Below, piece by piece: positions 49,331 to 61,990 of a DNA stretch of 64,000 bases. Both the position numbers and the translations under genes were made by a program. The notes below the pieces were generated by a model. It made no database searches. It was not told the origin of the DNA and worked only from the letters and a program-made list of their open reading frames with translations. Source of the DNA: Octopus bimaculoides (Eukaryota); contig NC_068982.1 in NCBI RefSeq assembly GCF_001194135.2, positions 122,155,626-122,219,625 on the forward strand, given 5' to 3'. Every line of letters begins with the position of its first letter. Positions within the stretch are counted from its first letter, which is position 1.

Positions 49331-49585
49331 GAGTTTATAGAGCACCGCCACAGGTACTTTTTATGTGGCACTGGCATCTTACTGGAAAGGAATCACTTGG
49401 GGTAGATGTTTATTGTGAAATAGTACAAAGTCCCTGGAAGCATTGACAATGCTTATTAACTATTTATTAACTAAACGAATAGATAAACAAATTATAATGG
49501 ATCTCACTAGTATACAGTGTTGCAGATAATGTAACATAACAATACAAGTATAGTTACTAACTCTATTCAATATAAGCTGTTCATA

Positions 49586-49796
49586 AGGTGGCAAGCAGGC
49601 AGAATCATTAGCATGCTGGCCAAAATGCTTAGCGGTATTTCATCTGTCTTTACATTCTGAGTTCAAATTCCGTTGAGGTTGACTTTGCTTTTATCGTTTC
49701 GGCATCGAAAAATTAAGTACCAGTTGCATACTGGGGTTGATCTAATCGACTGCTCCCTCCCCCAAAATTTCAGGCCTTGTGCCTAGAGTAGAAAAA
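49586..49796 (+). mobile_element. tRNA-derived SINE (family C), young, 17-bp TSD
   Basis: TSD aatataagctgttcata at 49569-49585 and 49797-49813. The central gttgactttgctttt...aaaattaagtaccag block resembles my recall of the Meta-SINE domain (inference). Confidence 0.9.
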
Positions 49797-51211
49797 AATA
49801 TAAGCTGTTCATAGTCACATTTAAGCTGTGATGTTAAATAGTTTCTCAATTACATTTATTTCAGTTAATACCATTGAGTGCTTTACTAAATAAACAAAAC
49901 ATTTTCTATATTTTTACAGTTGAGGGTATTTTAACTGAACATAATAGGGTGAAATATATATTAGAGGTACTTCACCCCACACTGAAACTGCAGGAGCTAC
50001 TCAAGTGGTTTTGCAAGCTCTTTTAAATTCAGTGCAATACTGGAAGCCTTTCTGTATCATCAGCAGATATCTCAAGGTCACAAGTGTTTCACCCCTTTAG
50101 CCTGTATGCTTTACCTGAGTGGGACAGCAAGGACTGAGCTAGTCACCACCTATGGAAGGGTTCCAATGCAGTATCTTATCAAACATAACCATCTTGAGCT
50201 AGTTTCAGCTACTGTGCCTATTTTCTTCATGTCTTTCTTCAGTTGTCTGGGTTCCAGACCTATTTTCTGCTGAAAATAATGCACTGATCCAGATGGAAAA
50301 CTGCAGCAGCCAACTTCAATGGGGAATGAAGCTGCATGCCAGCCCTTCACAAAGGCCTCACTGACTAAGTCCCAGTATTTCTATTTCTTTACCTGGTGGG
50401 AAATATTTCCCTTTGTTTCATTTAATTTCAGTTTACTATATCATAGGCACAAGTGTGGCTGTATGGTTAAGGAACTTATTTCCTAACTATGTGGTCAGGG
50501 ATTCAATCCCACTATGTGGCACCTTGGGTAAGTGTCTTCTACAATTAGCTTGTTGACATTGGATTTTTTTTTCTTTTACTAGGTGAAAATCCTAAGAAAA
50601 CAAGAGTTGGTATATTTTTAGGAGACAAGTTATGGGACAGAAAGAAAGAATGTTCAAGCAAGATATTTTTAATGTTCTGAGGTACTCAGGCACACACACA
50701 CACGTGTGCGCACATACATATACACACACAAACAGACATATACATGCATAAATGCACATACATATGCATACATACATTTACCTCCCATTTACTTTTTTTT
50801 ACAAGACAATTGTCTTTTCATTCTATTATAGAAACTGAAGTTGGGAGATTTTAGAGACTGTCTCTGGAAAATGTTTTTAGTTATTTATTTTTGTGTGAAA
50901 TAAACAATGTTACTATTTTGTAATCAGTGGATGAGAAAACTATTGTCAGTGGCTGGGAAAACTGAAGTTGTGGAATTCATGATGTTTGAAAAGGTATTTA
51001 CAACAAAGAGAGAAAATAACAATTCTGGATCAGATATTCACATGTGGTGTGTGAATATACATTCAAACACTTTTTTCCTTCTATGTGTGAGAATTTTATG
51101 CTGAAGTCAGCTTTGACTTTCATCCTTCCAGGATTGATAAAATACTAGTCAAGTACTGGAGTCTCATTTCTTCAGTCTCTCTGTCTGTCTCTCTTTCTGA
51201 ATTGTCTATAT

Positions 51212-51527
51212 CAGTAGTTTTCAACCATTTTTTTAAACTATGGACCCTTTAGATTACTATTCCATTCTGGTAGACCCCCATAGCTATTCAACATTTAAGA
51301 ACTAGTTTTATAGATACTTCTTTTAAAATTCCTATTTTGCGTTTCGCACATGTGTAGTTTGAATTATGTAAAATGTTAGAGAAACAAACCTAGTTGTTTC
51401 TTACAATAAATACATCTAAAACAAAATTTTTTCATGAACCCCTAAAGTACATATGTGCATCTCCAGTGTACTATTTTGCATGTGTGAAGCCCCAGAATCT
51501 TATAAGGATCCTTGTTGAGAACCACTG
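51212..51527. mobile_element. hAT (Charlie-like) MITE with perfect 8-bp TSD
   Basis: TIRs cagtagttttcaac / gttgagaaccactg. TSD gtctatat at 51204-51211 and 51528-51535. Confidence 0.9.
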
Positions 51528-51990
51528 GTCTATATTGTGCTGTAAGAAAGGTTGCAGGAGACCACTTACAATGTCCTTTTCTCAAGAAATAGAAATGAGT
51601 AGAATAACTTCTCATAGAAAAACTGATATGTTTCTGGAACTACCCAATGATGGACCAATATACAGTACAACATGAAACAAAAATAAAATATCTAAGTATC
51701 TAGGATAGAGACTAGAAACTCTTCAACATAGAATAGTACATTCAAGCTATAAATTTAAACTTTGAAACTAAATTCAAACTAAAATTTCTTATATGATACA
51801 CTTGACAAAATTTTGCTAAAGGCAATACTTTCTCATTCTTACTATCATAGATACATAATGACTCTGCCTGTGTGCATTTGTGTATCGTCATATATATGTA
51901 CCCCCACCACACACACACTTATATAAAAAAAATAGCCATCTATGTATTCACTGATGTTGCAAATTGCTGCATGACCTATTAAAAATCTTG

Positions 51991-52499
51991 TATATGCAAT
52001 TGTAGCAGTACTTAATTAAAATAACTATCTATATATCGTATTTAATATATATACACTCTCAATAGGCCAGTAACTGCATTATTTTCCTGAGATAACATCC
52101 CTTATGGATTTGCTGTGTTAAAAACATAATAAATACCAGAGATGAAATTTTGTCCCGGCAGCAGCCAATGAGAGAACCAGAGACATTGTAGCCAATGGTG
52201 TATACTTGCAGCCAGGCACATGCATGGATGAAAATTCACTTATTCTGATATGAGAAAAATGGAATAAAATATTCACTAATGTTATGAATTACTGATTGGT
52301 TGATTACAAAACCAGTATATGCAATTGAGGCAGTATTTAATTAAAATAGCTATCTATGTATCATACTTAATGTATATACACTGATGATAGGCCAGTTACT
52401 GCAGTATTTGTCCTGAGATAACATCTCTGATAGATGCGCTGTGTTAAAACCAATAAATATCAGAAAGAGACAAAAATTCATACCAGCAGAAGCCAGTGA
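51991..52499. repeat. Diverged local direct duplication (about 180-bp unit, 325-bp offset)
   Basis: 51991-52171 versus 52316-52499 share tatatgcaattg.., ataggccagt.actgca, cctgagataacatc and gctgtgttaaaa. Confidence 0.85.
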
Positions 52500-54056
52500 C
52501 AGCACCAAATGGATTTTGGCCTTTTGGGGCCTTTCTAATGGCATGTGCTTACAGTTAGTCACATGTTAAAATGAAAATTTATCAGCTTTGTTATAGGAAA
52601 AAGTGAATAAATAATTCATTGAGATCATTAATATCTGCCCAATCTTCCAGAGATTTTCTAGCCAACTTCTGTGTTGTTATTGTTTAAACCTAGATCAGCC
52701 ATGATTGAGACAATCTACAATTAAAAGCTTTCCAGCATGACCACCTTGTCCTTTTACTTAGATAAGGTATATTTAGAACTACTATTTTTTAAAGACATTT
52801 AGGTGCATTTTGAGGAAGATTGACTGCTACTTTCTAGCAAATTCAGTAACCATTGAGATGTTCCCTCAGCAGTGGTTAAAATATTGACATGGATCTGACA
52901 GTTTTTGGAAAATGAGAACAAAGTTCTGTAGTAAAAAGTAAAAAAAAAAGGAAAGAAGAAAGAAAAAAAGAGAATCCTGAATGAAGGACCCACCCCCATC
53001 CCAACTTTAAATCTGAATGCAGAAGTTTAAAGTTTAACCAAAATTGAATGATACAGAGTTATCTAATCTAATTTATTGGACGAACAAAGATGGTAGATAA
53101 CACCCATAGCTTTTTCAACACCTTATAGACAAGGGGTATTATATTTTTGTTCCTGCAAAAATTATGTTAATGCCATTGATGTCCAGCTTAGTTTTATGAT
53201 AAGGGGACATGAGCAGAGAGGGAATTCTGGGAAGTAATTTTGAAGGAAAAGGGTTGGGAAAAGTGTTATATTCTCCATATGAGAGTTATTAACTAATAAT
53301 TTTAAAAGGACGGAGCAATAAACAGTCAATAAGTTTAGTAACAGAGCCTGTTGTGGTAGCAATGGTTACAATAGGATGAGACAAAGGTGTATGACACAGC
53401 TTGGAGGTAGAAACATATCTGTTTCTAATATCTGGCTAAAGCTGGCGTTCCAACACAAAATCTTTTAATAGCTTTCATACTGATTGCCAAATTAATAAAT
53501 AATTTCATCTTTCATCAATATCAGGGAACACATGTAAACAAAGAAAGAAAAAAAATATATATCTAACTATTTATTTTCTTATCACTGTTCCATAAAGGTC
53601 CTCTTCTAGTTTCATTCTGAATGGTAGCCATAGCATTAATTCTTTTTTTTTAAATATAGGCCAGTTAGAAGAGATGTAAATTTCATAAACATTTTTTTTC
53701 TCTAAATGGCCCAAGGCATTGTCTACCACTAATTAAAAAATTTACTTTTTTGATGAGGTACAAAGGCAACCTTAAAGTATGACCTTTCCTTACTGACAGG
53801 TGTTGGGTGAGTCATCACAATTAGAGCCAGCATGCATTTGGGGGTACTGCTCTCCTAGGCAGGTTGGAAGGCCGCAACACGCTCTCTCTATTTATATTAA
53901 CAAGCATCTCCAGCAATTATGAAGCTGTTACACTCCTAAAAATTTTACTGTAATGTGGAAGTCAGTGGAATAATACATTTTATGTTAGTGATCTGAATAT
54001 TCTGGGATGATTCCAGCAGCACAACAGTCATATACACAATATACACACACACACAC

Positions 54057-54147
54057 ATGTATGTATGTAAGTATGTATGCATGCATGTATGTATGTATGT
54101 ATGTATGTATGTATGTATGTATGTATGTATGTATGTATGTATGTATG

Positions 54148-54183
<36 letters not shown>

Positions 54184-54196
54184 CATACATACATAT
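54057..54196. repeat. (TATG)n / (TA)n / (CATA)n compound microsatellite
   Basis: Direct reading. Confidence 0.95.
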
Positions 54197-54315
54197 GTTG
54201 AGGTGTATTTCATGAAGAACATATAAGAGTACAAAATAGAGCTCATTCAGCCCTAGAATTACCAGATAGTCAGCAGTATTATAGTATACCACCAATTCAC
54301 ACCCTGTATATATGC

Positions 54316-54346
<31 letters not shown>

Positions 54347-54659
54347 ATGATGATGATAATAATGTAATATCAATAAAATATCAAATGTTTTGGTTCATAC
54401 CTTTGACCCAACCTTATAAACACACACACATGTGTACATACATATGCGTGTGTGTATGTGTGTATGTATGTATGTGTGTGTGTGTGAATACGAATGTGTG
54501 TGTATACGTTTGTGTGTGTCAGTGTGTTTGTCTCACCCTAATGTTTGACGACCAATGTTGGTTTGTTTACATCCCTGTAACTTAGCAAATGAATCGTCAA
54601 AATAAATATCAGACTTAAAAAAATTACAACTATTACTCTTTTACTTGTTTCAGTCATTT

Positions 54660-55098
54660 GATTGTGGCAATGGTCGTGGAGACAAAGTGGTTGAAGTCTT
54701 TTTGAGTGTTCAGCCTCACAGAGGTGATGTGACTGAGTTCCTTTTGAGTGTTGTGCCTTATGGAGGCAAAGTGGCTGAAATCCTTTCAAGTGTTGGGCTT
54801 CACAGGGGCAATGACCAAGACCTTCAGCATTATGTCATGCTTGAGAAGACATCAAGCCAAGTAAAATTGCAGCTGTAGCAGATACCGTTGTCACGCAACT
54901 GGCACCCATGCCTGTCGCATGTAAAAAGCACGCATTACACTCTCAGAGTGGTTGGCGTTAGGAAGGGCATCCAGCCATAGAAAACCATGCCAAATAAGGA
55001 AGGGCATCCAGCCTTAGAAAATCATGCCAAATAAGACTGGAACCTGGCGCAGCCTTCCAGGGTGCCAGCTCAATCAGACTGTCCAACCCATGCCAGTA
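54660..55098 (+). mobile_element. RTE 3' UTR/tail-type element with internal sub-repeats of about 36-38 bp and a 37-bp tandem duplication
   Basis: ttttgagtgtt...cacagagg sub-repeats at 54690-54810; aggaagggcatccagcc(a/t)tagaaaa(c/t)catgccaaata twice (54960-54996 and 54997-55033). Confidence 0.75.
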
Positions 55099-55334
55099 CT
55101 AAATACTCTTTAGTATTTCAAGATATTTTTATGTAATTTTGCTAAATATATCTGTTTAAATGAGATGTCAGTCTTATTTTCATTTTTGTGTAATTTAGAC
55201 AACAATTCATTCACCGCACCTTGTCTATGTATGTACATATATAAAAAGGAAAGAATAAATAGAGTCAAAAAGAAGAGGGAGTACGATTCAACTGTTACAA
55301 CAGTGCTAGAGCACAGCCTTGAAGGGGTTAGTCT

Positions 55335-55722
55335 AGGAGTGGCTGTGTGGTAAGTAGCTTGCTTACGAACCGCATGGTTCCGGGTTCAGTCCCACAGCAT
55401 GGCACCTTCGGCAGGTGTCTTCCACTATAGCCTCGGGCCGACCAAAGCCTTGTGAGTGGATTTGGTAGACGGAAACTGAAAGAAGCCCGTCGTATATATA
55501 TGTATATGTATATATATGTGTGTGTGTGTTTGTCCCCCCAACATCGCTTGACAACCGATGCTGGAATGTTTACATCCCCGTAAGTTAGCAGTTCGGCAAA
55601 AGAGACCAATAGAATAAGTACTAGGCTTACAAAGAATAAGTCCTGGGGTCGATTTGCTCGACTAAAGGCGGTGCTCCAGCATGGCCACAGTAAAAAAATG
55701 ACTGAAACAAGTAAAAGAGTAA
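55335..55722 (+). mobile_element. tRNA/CORE-like SINE (family B), young full-length copy
   Basis: A/B-box-like head tggctgtgtggtaag...gggttcagtccc, CORE-like cttcggcaggtgtctt, internal microsatellite, tail ...gactgaaacaagtaaaagagt. Similar to the octopus OR-type CORE-SINEs as I recall them. Confidence 0.9.
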
Positions 55723-55728
55723 AAAGAG

Positions 55729-55776
<48 letters not shown>

Positions 55777-55780
<4 letters not shown>

Positions 55781-55869
55781 AATATAATATGTGACAATTA
55801 TTCGGTAGCCATGATAAAACTCGGAGTTTTATCATGGCTACCAAATAATTGTCACGTATTATATTTACA
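55777..55869. repeat. Hairpin with 46-bp arms and 1-nt loop, embedded in (TA)n
   Basis: Arms 55777-55822 and 55824-55869; two mismatches, both at CpG positions. Confidence 0.95.
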
Positions 55870-55929
55870 GATAAATTCCTCTATTTATATAATATCGAGG
55901 TCTCTTTCATTCTTTTGTTGTCTTGCCAT

Positions 55930-56385
<456 letters not shown>

Positions 56386-56945
56386 TATTCAGGAATGAGT
56401 TTCTGCAGATACATGCAAATCTACACTATAATTGAATTTTCACTTTACGCTGCAGTGGGACATTCCTTATATCAATTGTTGATTGGAGATCACAAAGATG
56501 TCAGAATATCCCAACAGTATTATTCTTGTCAGTCGTTGCTAAGCAGCACTGATGCTACTAGGGAATATCCAGGTACATACATGCCGACATAGATTCAAAT
56601 GCATAATTAGATATAAACATGTGCCTACACACACAATATGTAAAATCAATACAGCTCATCTGAATACTTGATATATGTGCACAGGCGCATGTGTATGTAT
56701 GTGTGTGTGCATGTATGTGTGTATATATGTGCATATATATATATGAGTGTGCGTGTGTGTATGTATATATATATATGTATGTATATATAAATTTAAAATG
56801 GAGAAATCCACTTGATGCAAACTGTAAGGTCATATTGACCCGCCGTCAAGTATTACAAGAGGGTTTTTTTTTTTATTCATAACATATCAACAAATGTCTA
56901 GTTTACATAGATCGGTTCTTGTTGTCGTGGATTCTACAAGGTGAA

Positions 56946-57000
56946 TGCAGAGCAGAGTAGAGCAGAGCAGAGTAGAGCAGAGCAGAGTAGAGCAGAGCAG
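56946..57000. repeat. AGCAG/AGTAG pentamer array with a 15-bp higher-order unit
   Basis: (agcagagcagagtag) repeated about 3.5 times. Confidence 0.9.
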
Positions 57001-57654
57001 AAACAGAATTGTGCAAGCACCGACTGCCACTTTGCTAGCACACTTGTCAGGTAGAGTGAGAGGGAAAAACTGAAAAGGCAAGGAGGAAGGGAAGGCAAAA
57101 AAGAAAAAGTGAGTAGGGATCGAAGGGAGCTGGCGTTAACTAACTCACTCTAAAGTCTCATTTAGCAACTGCTCTTTATCGCAACAACGCAAGCAAATAG
57201 GGTGGCTATGTTCAATGAAAGGTGTTAGTTACTCAGCATGTTGGGTAAAAATGAGGCGAGATGCTGAGACAGAACAAACACACACACACACACACAAATG
57301 CATGCACTCACACACATTTACACAAGAGCATGTACACAAACACAACTTTCTTGAAAAAGGAATGTAAAGTTTGTGGCAATGTACAAGGAAAATGGGAGGA
57401 ATGAAGGAATGAAATATCTGTTTACATTTCAAGAAAAACCATGCATGTTTCTTGCATAAACTTCAAGAAATATTACAGCCCCCCCCCTGTTCTAAATTTA
57501 ACGTTTGGAGGGAAGACTGGTGAATCCAAACTAGAAAATGTGGCAGATTTTGGCAGTTTTATAAATGTAGTGAAATAAACATTATAATACAATTTTCATT
57601 ATCATTAATTAACGTTACTGTTATTTCCTCATAAATATTAATACCATTATTAAG

Positions 57655-57950
57655 AGTCATCATCATCGTCATCATCACCACCACCACCACCACCATTGTC
57701 ATGACTACCACTAATATCACAATAATCATTATTATCACCACCGTCAACATCATCACTACCACAAGCATTACAATGATCAGTATCATAGTTGTCATCATCC
57801 TAATACTCAGCCGCAACATCACCATCCCCATCATGATTTATCATCATCTTCGTCATCAGCAGCACCACCACCACAACTACCACCGACATCACTACCATGA
57901 CTAATAGCATCACCACCATCACCACTGCCACAATCATCATCATGTACCTC
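57655..57950. repeat. Degenerate CAT/CAC trinucleotide low-complexity tract
   Basis: Direct reading. Confidence 0.85.
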
Positions 57951-58276
57951 ACTAGTTTGTTACTGTTTAGCTGGACCATGAAGCTAAAAATATCCGGTGA
58001 AGTAGGACATGGATTAGTAATTCACAGTCAATCAGGTAGTACATAGAAGTGTCTCACCTAATATGACTAGCATAGCCGTATTATTATACACTGCTGCTAG
58101 TTCAAAAGAAGCACCAACTACACAACATCAAAATGATGGACCAGGCTATGAAAGTAACAGGAAGAATCATAGTACCACTGACTAGAAAGATTATCAACTT
58201 AGAATAGATAAACTTAACCCTTTCATTGTGAGATTGAATTTCATGGTTATTCCAATAATGATGATAAACATCTACC

Positions 58277-58640
58277 AAAAAAATAGAATTGGTATTTTCT
58301 GCAAACTACATTATCATCATTTAACACCCATTTTACATAGTGACAAGCTGGAGAGCTGCACCAGGCTCCAGTTGTTTGTTTTGGCATGGTTTCTATGGCT
58401 GGTTGCCCTTCCTAATGTCAACCACTTTACAGAGTGTACTGGGTGCTTTTTATGTGGCACTAACACCAGTGCTTAATGCATGGCACCAGCATGGGTGCTT
58501 TTTACATAACACCAGAACAGAAAATAGTTTCAGACATGATGTTCCTCAACAAAAGGTAGGTTGGTATATAAAACTACTTTCCACAGTTAAGAGTAGTGAA
58601 ATTTGAGTGGATATATCTACTTTCTGCTGAAAAAGGGTTA
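58277..58640. repeat. Unclassified interspersed repeat split by an RTE tail (about 58315-58500); second copy at about 63555-63740
   Basis: Shared aaaatagaattggtattttc and aaatagtttca.acatga..ttcctcaacaaaag.tag.ttggtatataaaact.ctttc. Confidence 0.75.
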
Positions 58641-58642
58641 GG

Positions 58643-58800
58643 TTTATGCCAGAGTAAGATACCACCAATGCTCTCTTGCTAGAGTACAAGTCTGTAGCTA
58701 ATTGTAAGCCACTACACCTAGCATTTGTCCCCCTGGAGAAGGCTTTTTAAGGAGTGCATTGCTTTGTAGCTCAGTGGTCACTCAGAAAGCTAGATGTTGA
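58643..58800 (+). mobile_element. RTE reverse transcriptase remnant
   Basis: FMPE*DTTNA...KPLHLAFVPLEKAF*...WSLRKLDV matches the RTE consensus FMPGxSTTDA...KPLYLAFVDLEKAFD...WSLRKLG. Confidence 0.75.
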
Positions 58801-58984
58801 ATTCCTAGCTTGGAATTTATCAATTCCCTTCACAATGACCAAGGCATTACTGTCAACAATGATTAGCATTGGATGACCCACATTTCTAAAAATCTTCAAA
58901 AAAGGCCAAAGGTGTCTTAGTATCATTCAGTAAAGCACTGTCAGTTGTTCACCAGCTATCTATCTAAAGTTATATATACAGTTA

Positions 58985-59400
58985 TGGTATGTCCTCACAG
59001 TTTGCATCAAAATATCAATCTGCTGGAAGCTCTTCAAAGACATGCAACCAGACAAATACCCTCTGTCAGTCTCTTACCATATCTTAGAATGCATTGTTTC
59101 TCTGGGTATCAATACATTAAAGTTCTGACATACACCAGCTGACTTAGCAAAAGCCCACAAATTCATCCACCATTTTTCCAACAATATCTTTGGTTACCTT
59201 TTTTAAATTCAATATCTCTACCATTCGTAGACATGTTTATAGAATCAAAAACAATACAGCATCCATGATATTTTTGAAACATTTGTTCATGCTCAGTATT
59301 GTTGAAGCTTGGAATAAATCACTTGCGTCAGTTTAGTTGTCAGGACACTGCATCCCTCAAAAATTCTATGTAGCCTGAAATTCACCAGTACTACTCCTGA
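58985..59400 (+). mobile_element. CR1/Jockey-group LINE 3' end remnant
   Basis: CPHSLHQNINLLEALQRHATRQIP and IVEAWNKSLASV match the WSPH..DI..LE.VQRRAT and VV.AWN.LP..VV motifs. Confidence 0.7.
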
Positions 59401-59999
59401 TGCATCCTTTCCTCTTTATAGCTCTTTTTATACTGTTCACTTTTCTGTCTTTTTATGTTTTATTCTGTGTACTGTGCATGTGCTTCTAGTTTACATTGGT
59501 GTCATTTTACTTGACTTATGGCTGCTTTCTGTCCCTCTTTTAACCTTTTCCAAAGAGTTGTAGTTCACCTTAGCACTGTATTGTTTTTATTAGTTTACAA
59601 GAATTATATAAGAATTTTCTCCAGACATTCTCTCTGGATTACTAATGACGCAGAGAAACTGTCCAGAGAATTAAAAAGTTTAAAAATTCTTTCTGGTAAA
59701 GTTTAAAATGTATATTTGTATTTCTATATATTTGATATGAATTGTGTGTATGAAAATATTTTAATTAAATTGCTAACAGTTAGTGTGTCAAAATGTATTT
59801 ATGTGTGTAGTGTACAGATGTCCTTTGTAGTGTAAAGAAATAATTACATGTGTGAATGCAGGGTAAGTTTAAATATTTGTTGATACTAGTTTTTGGCAAG
59901 TGTGTGTATATGTAAACAAGCTTGTTAGTAGTCCTGATATCAAAACTTGATGTTGCAGTTTAGATACTAGGCCCTGAAAGTACAAATATTTAGGAAGAT

Positions 60000-60470
60000 A
60001 TTATTACCTAGCAGGCAACAAAGGAATTCATTCTTCAAATAAGGGGTTAGGACTGATGAGGCTTGTATACAAAATGTAAGATGCATAGTAGCAAAACATG
60101 GGCACTGAATACAGAGAGCAAGTGAAGACTGAAAGCAAATGTTAGTATTCTATTGGGTGCGTAATGCTAGAGTGCATGAGCAAGAGAGCATAAATGAGCT
60201 GCAAGAAAAACTGGCTATAAGAAATATCAAATGGGATATGTATGGCAGATGACAAATGGATGAAGAGGTACTAAATGAAGCCAGTAAAAGAAGACTAAAG
60301 AAGTCATGGTAAGGTAAGAAGTGGAAAGACTGATCTCACAAAAGAGATGACAAAAACTGTCAAATGTGGCATGACACTGTACTGAAGAAGACTCATCCAA
60401 TTCATAGAAGCATGGAAAAACAGAAATAAAAATTATGACAAAGATGATGACGATAACGATGATGATTATG
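60000..60470 (+). mobile_element. Degenerate RTE ORF 3' end with short tail
   Basis: Fragments such as SKTWALNTE, NELQEKLAIRN and LTKEMTK, followed by an agcatggaaaa...gatgat tail. Confidence 0.55.
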
Positions 60471-60481
60471 ATGACATATGT

Positions 60482-60792
60482 GAAGGCACGTGGCTTATTG
60501 GTTAGGGCATTTGGCTCAGGAGTGTAAGGTTGTGAGTTCAATTCCTGGCGAAGCGTTGTGTCTTTGAGCAAGACACTTTATTTTATGTTGCTCCAGTCCA
60601 CTCAGCTGGCAAAAATGAGTAGTACCTGTATTTCGAAGGGCCAGCCTAGTTACGCTGGATCTCCCTGAGAACTACATTAAGGGTACACATGTCTGTGGAG
60701 TGCTCAGCCACTTGCACGTTAATTTCATGAGCAAGCTGTTCCGTGAAAGTATCAGCTAGGACCCTTGACGTCATCATAACTAATGGAGTACT
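60482..60792 (+). mobile_element. tRNA-derived SINE (family A variant)
   Basis: Shares gagaactac.ttaagggtacacatgtctgtggagtgctcagccacttgcacgttaatttca with 742-1119. Confidence 0.85.
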
Positions 60793-61021
60793 CCTTTTTT
60801 TGATGATATATATCACAATGAACAATAACAAAATGAAACAAGACAACACAGGAGAAATAAGTTTCAACAAATATCATTTTAGTTTAACTGTTAAAAAGTA
60901 AGTGAGAGGGAGTCTCAACATTTTTGCTGCTTGTCCCTTATCAGAAGAAAAACAAGGAGTGAGGAAGATGAGAGATGGTTGAGAAGAAAGAGATAAAAGA
61001 GAAAATTGTATGTATAGGTGC

Positions 61022-61460
61022 AAGGTGCAGGCATGGCTGTGTGGTATGAAATTTGCTTACCAAGCACATGTTCTGAGTTCAGTCTCACTGCATGGCACCT
61101 CGACCAACAAAAGCATTGTGAGTGGATTTGGTTGATAGAGACTGAAAGAAGTCCATTGTGTGTGTGTATATATGTGTGTGTGTGTGTGCGTGTCTGTGAG
61201 TGTGTATTTATTTGTGTGTGTGCATGTTTGTGTCTGTGTTTGTACCCATCACTGCTTGACAACCAGTGCTGGTGTGTTTACATCCCCATAACTTAGCAGT
61301 TCAGCAAATGATAGCAATAGAATAAGTACCAAGCTTTAAAAAAATGAAATAACAGAATAAGTACTAGGGTCAATTCATTTGACTAAAAATTCTTCAAGGC
61401 GATGCCCCAGCCTGACCACAGTCTAATGAGTGAAACAAGCAAAAGATAAAAGATAAAACA
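61022..61460 (+). mobile_element. tRNA/CORE-like SINE (family B), diverged
   Basis: Colinear with 55335-55722. Confidence 0.8.
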
Positions 61461-61642
61461 TCTCTGCACACACATTCTTTTGTTTAATTCGCTTATTAGT
61501 TTCAAGCTTCTCGCTGTGGTCATGGTCGGTCACTGCCATTGACATCTATTTTAGGACTGCATTCATATTTGCTGAGTGAGGGAGTTCAAGCAGTCACTGT
61601 CCAAATCCTTTTTAGAAGTGTTGGTATCCACTCCACACATCA

Positions 61643-61990
61643 TCATCGCTTAACGTCCGCTTTCCATGCTAGCATGGGTTGGACGATTTTACTGAGGACT
61701 GGTGGACTAGGTGGCTACACCAGGCTCCAATCTGATTTAGTAGAGTTTCTACAGCTGGATGCCCTTCCTAATGCCAACCACTCCGAGAGTGTAGTGGGTG
61801 CTTTTACGTGTCACCGGCACGAAGGCCAGTCAGGCAGTACTGGCAACGGCCATGCTCAAAATGGTGTATTTTACGTGCCACCTGCACAGGAGCCAGTCCA
61901 GCGGCACTGGCAATGATCTCGCTCGAATATCTTTTCACGTGCCAGGAAGGCGACGTTGGTAACGATCACGCTCAAATGGTGCTATTTATG
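61643..61990 (-). mobile_element. RTE 3' UTR and tail copy with sub-repeats
   Basis: Reverse complement of 3900-4229. Confidence 0.85.

Noticed and set aside
57149-57185. DKEQLLNETL resembling the MGKEQELL start of ANKS1/CASKIN
   Set aside because: No in-frame Met, and it ends in phase 2, incompatible with exon A
58058-58117. 60-nt minus-strand exon-like segment reading GASFELAAVYNNTAMLVIL (faintly ankyrin-like)
   Set aside because: Phase 1-1 cannot join exon A (phase 0), and no partner exon was found
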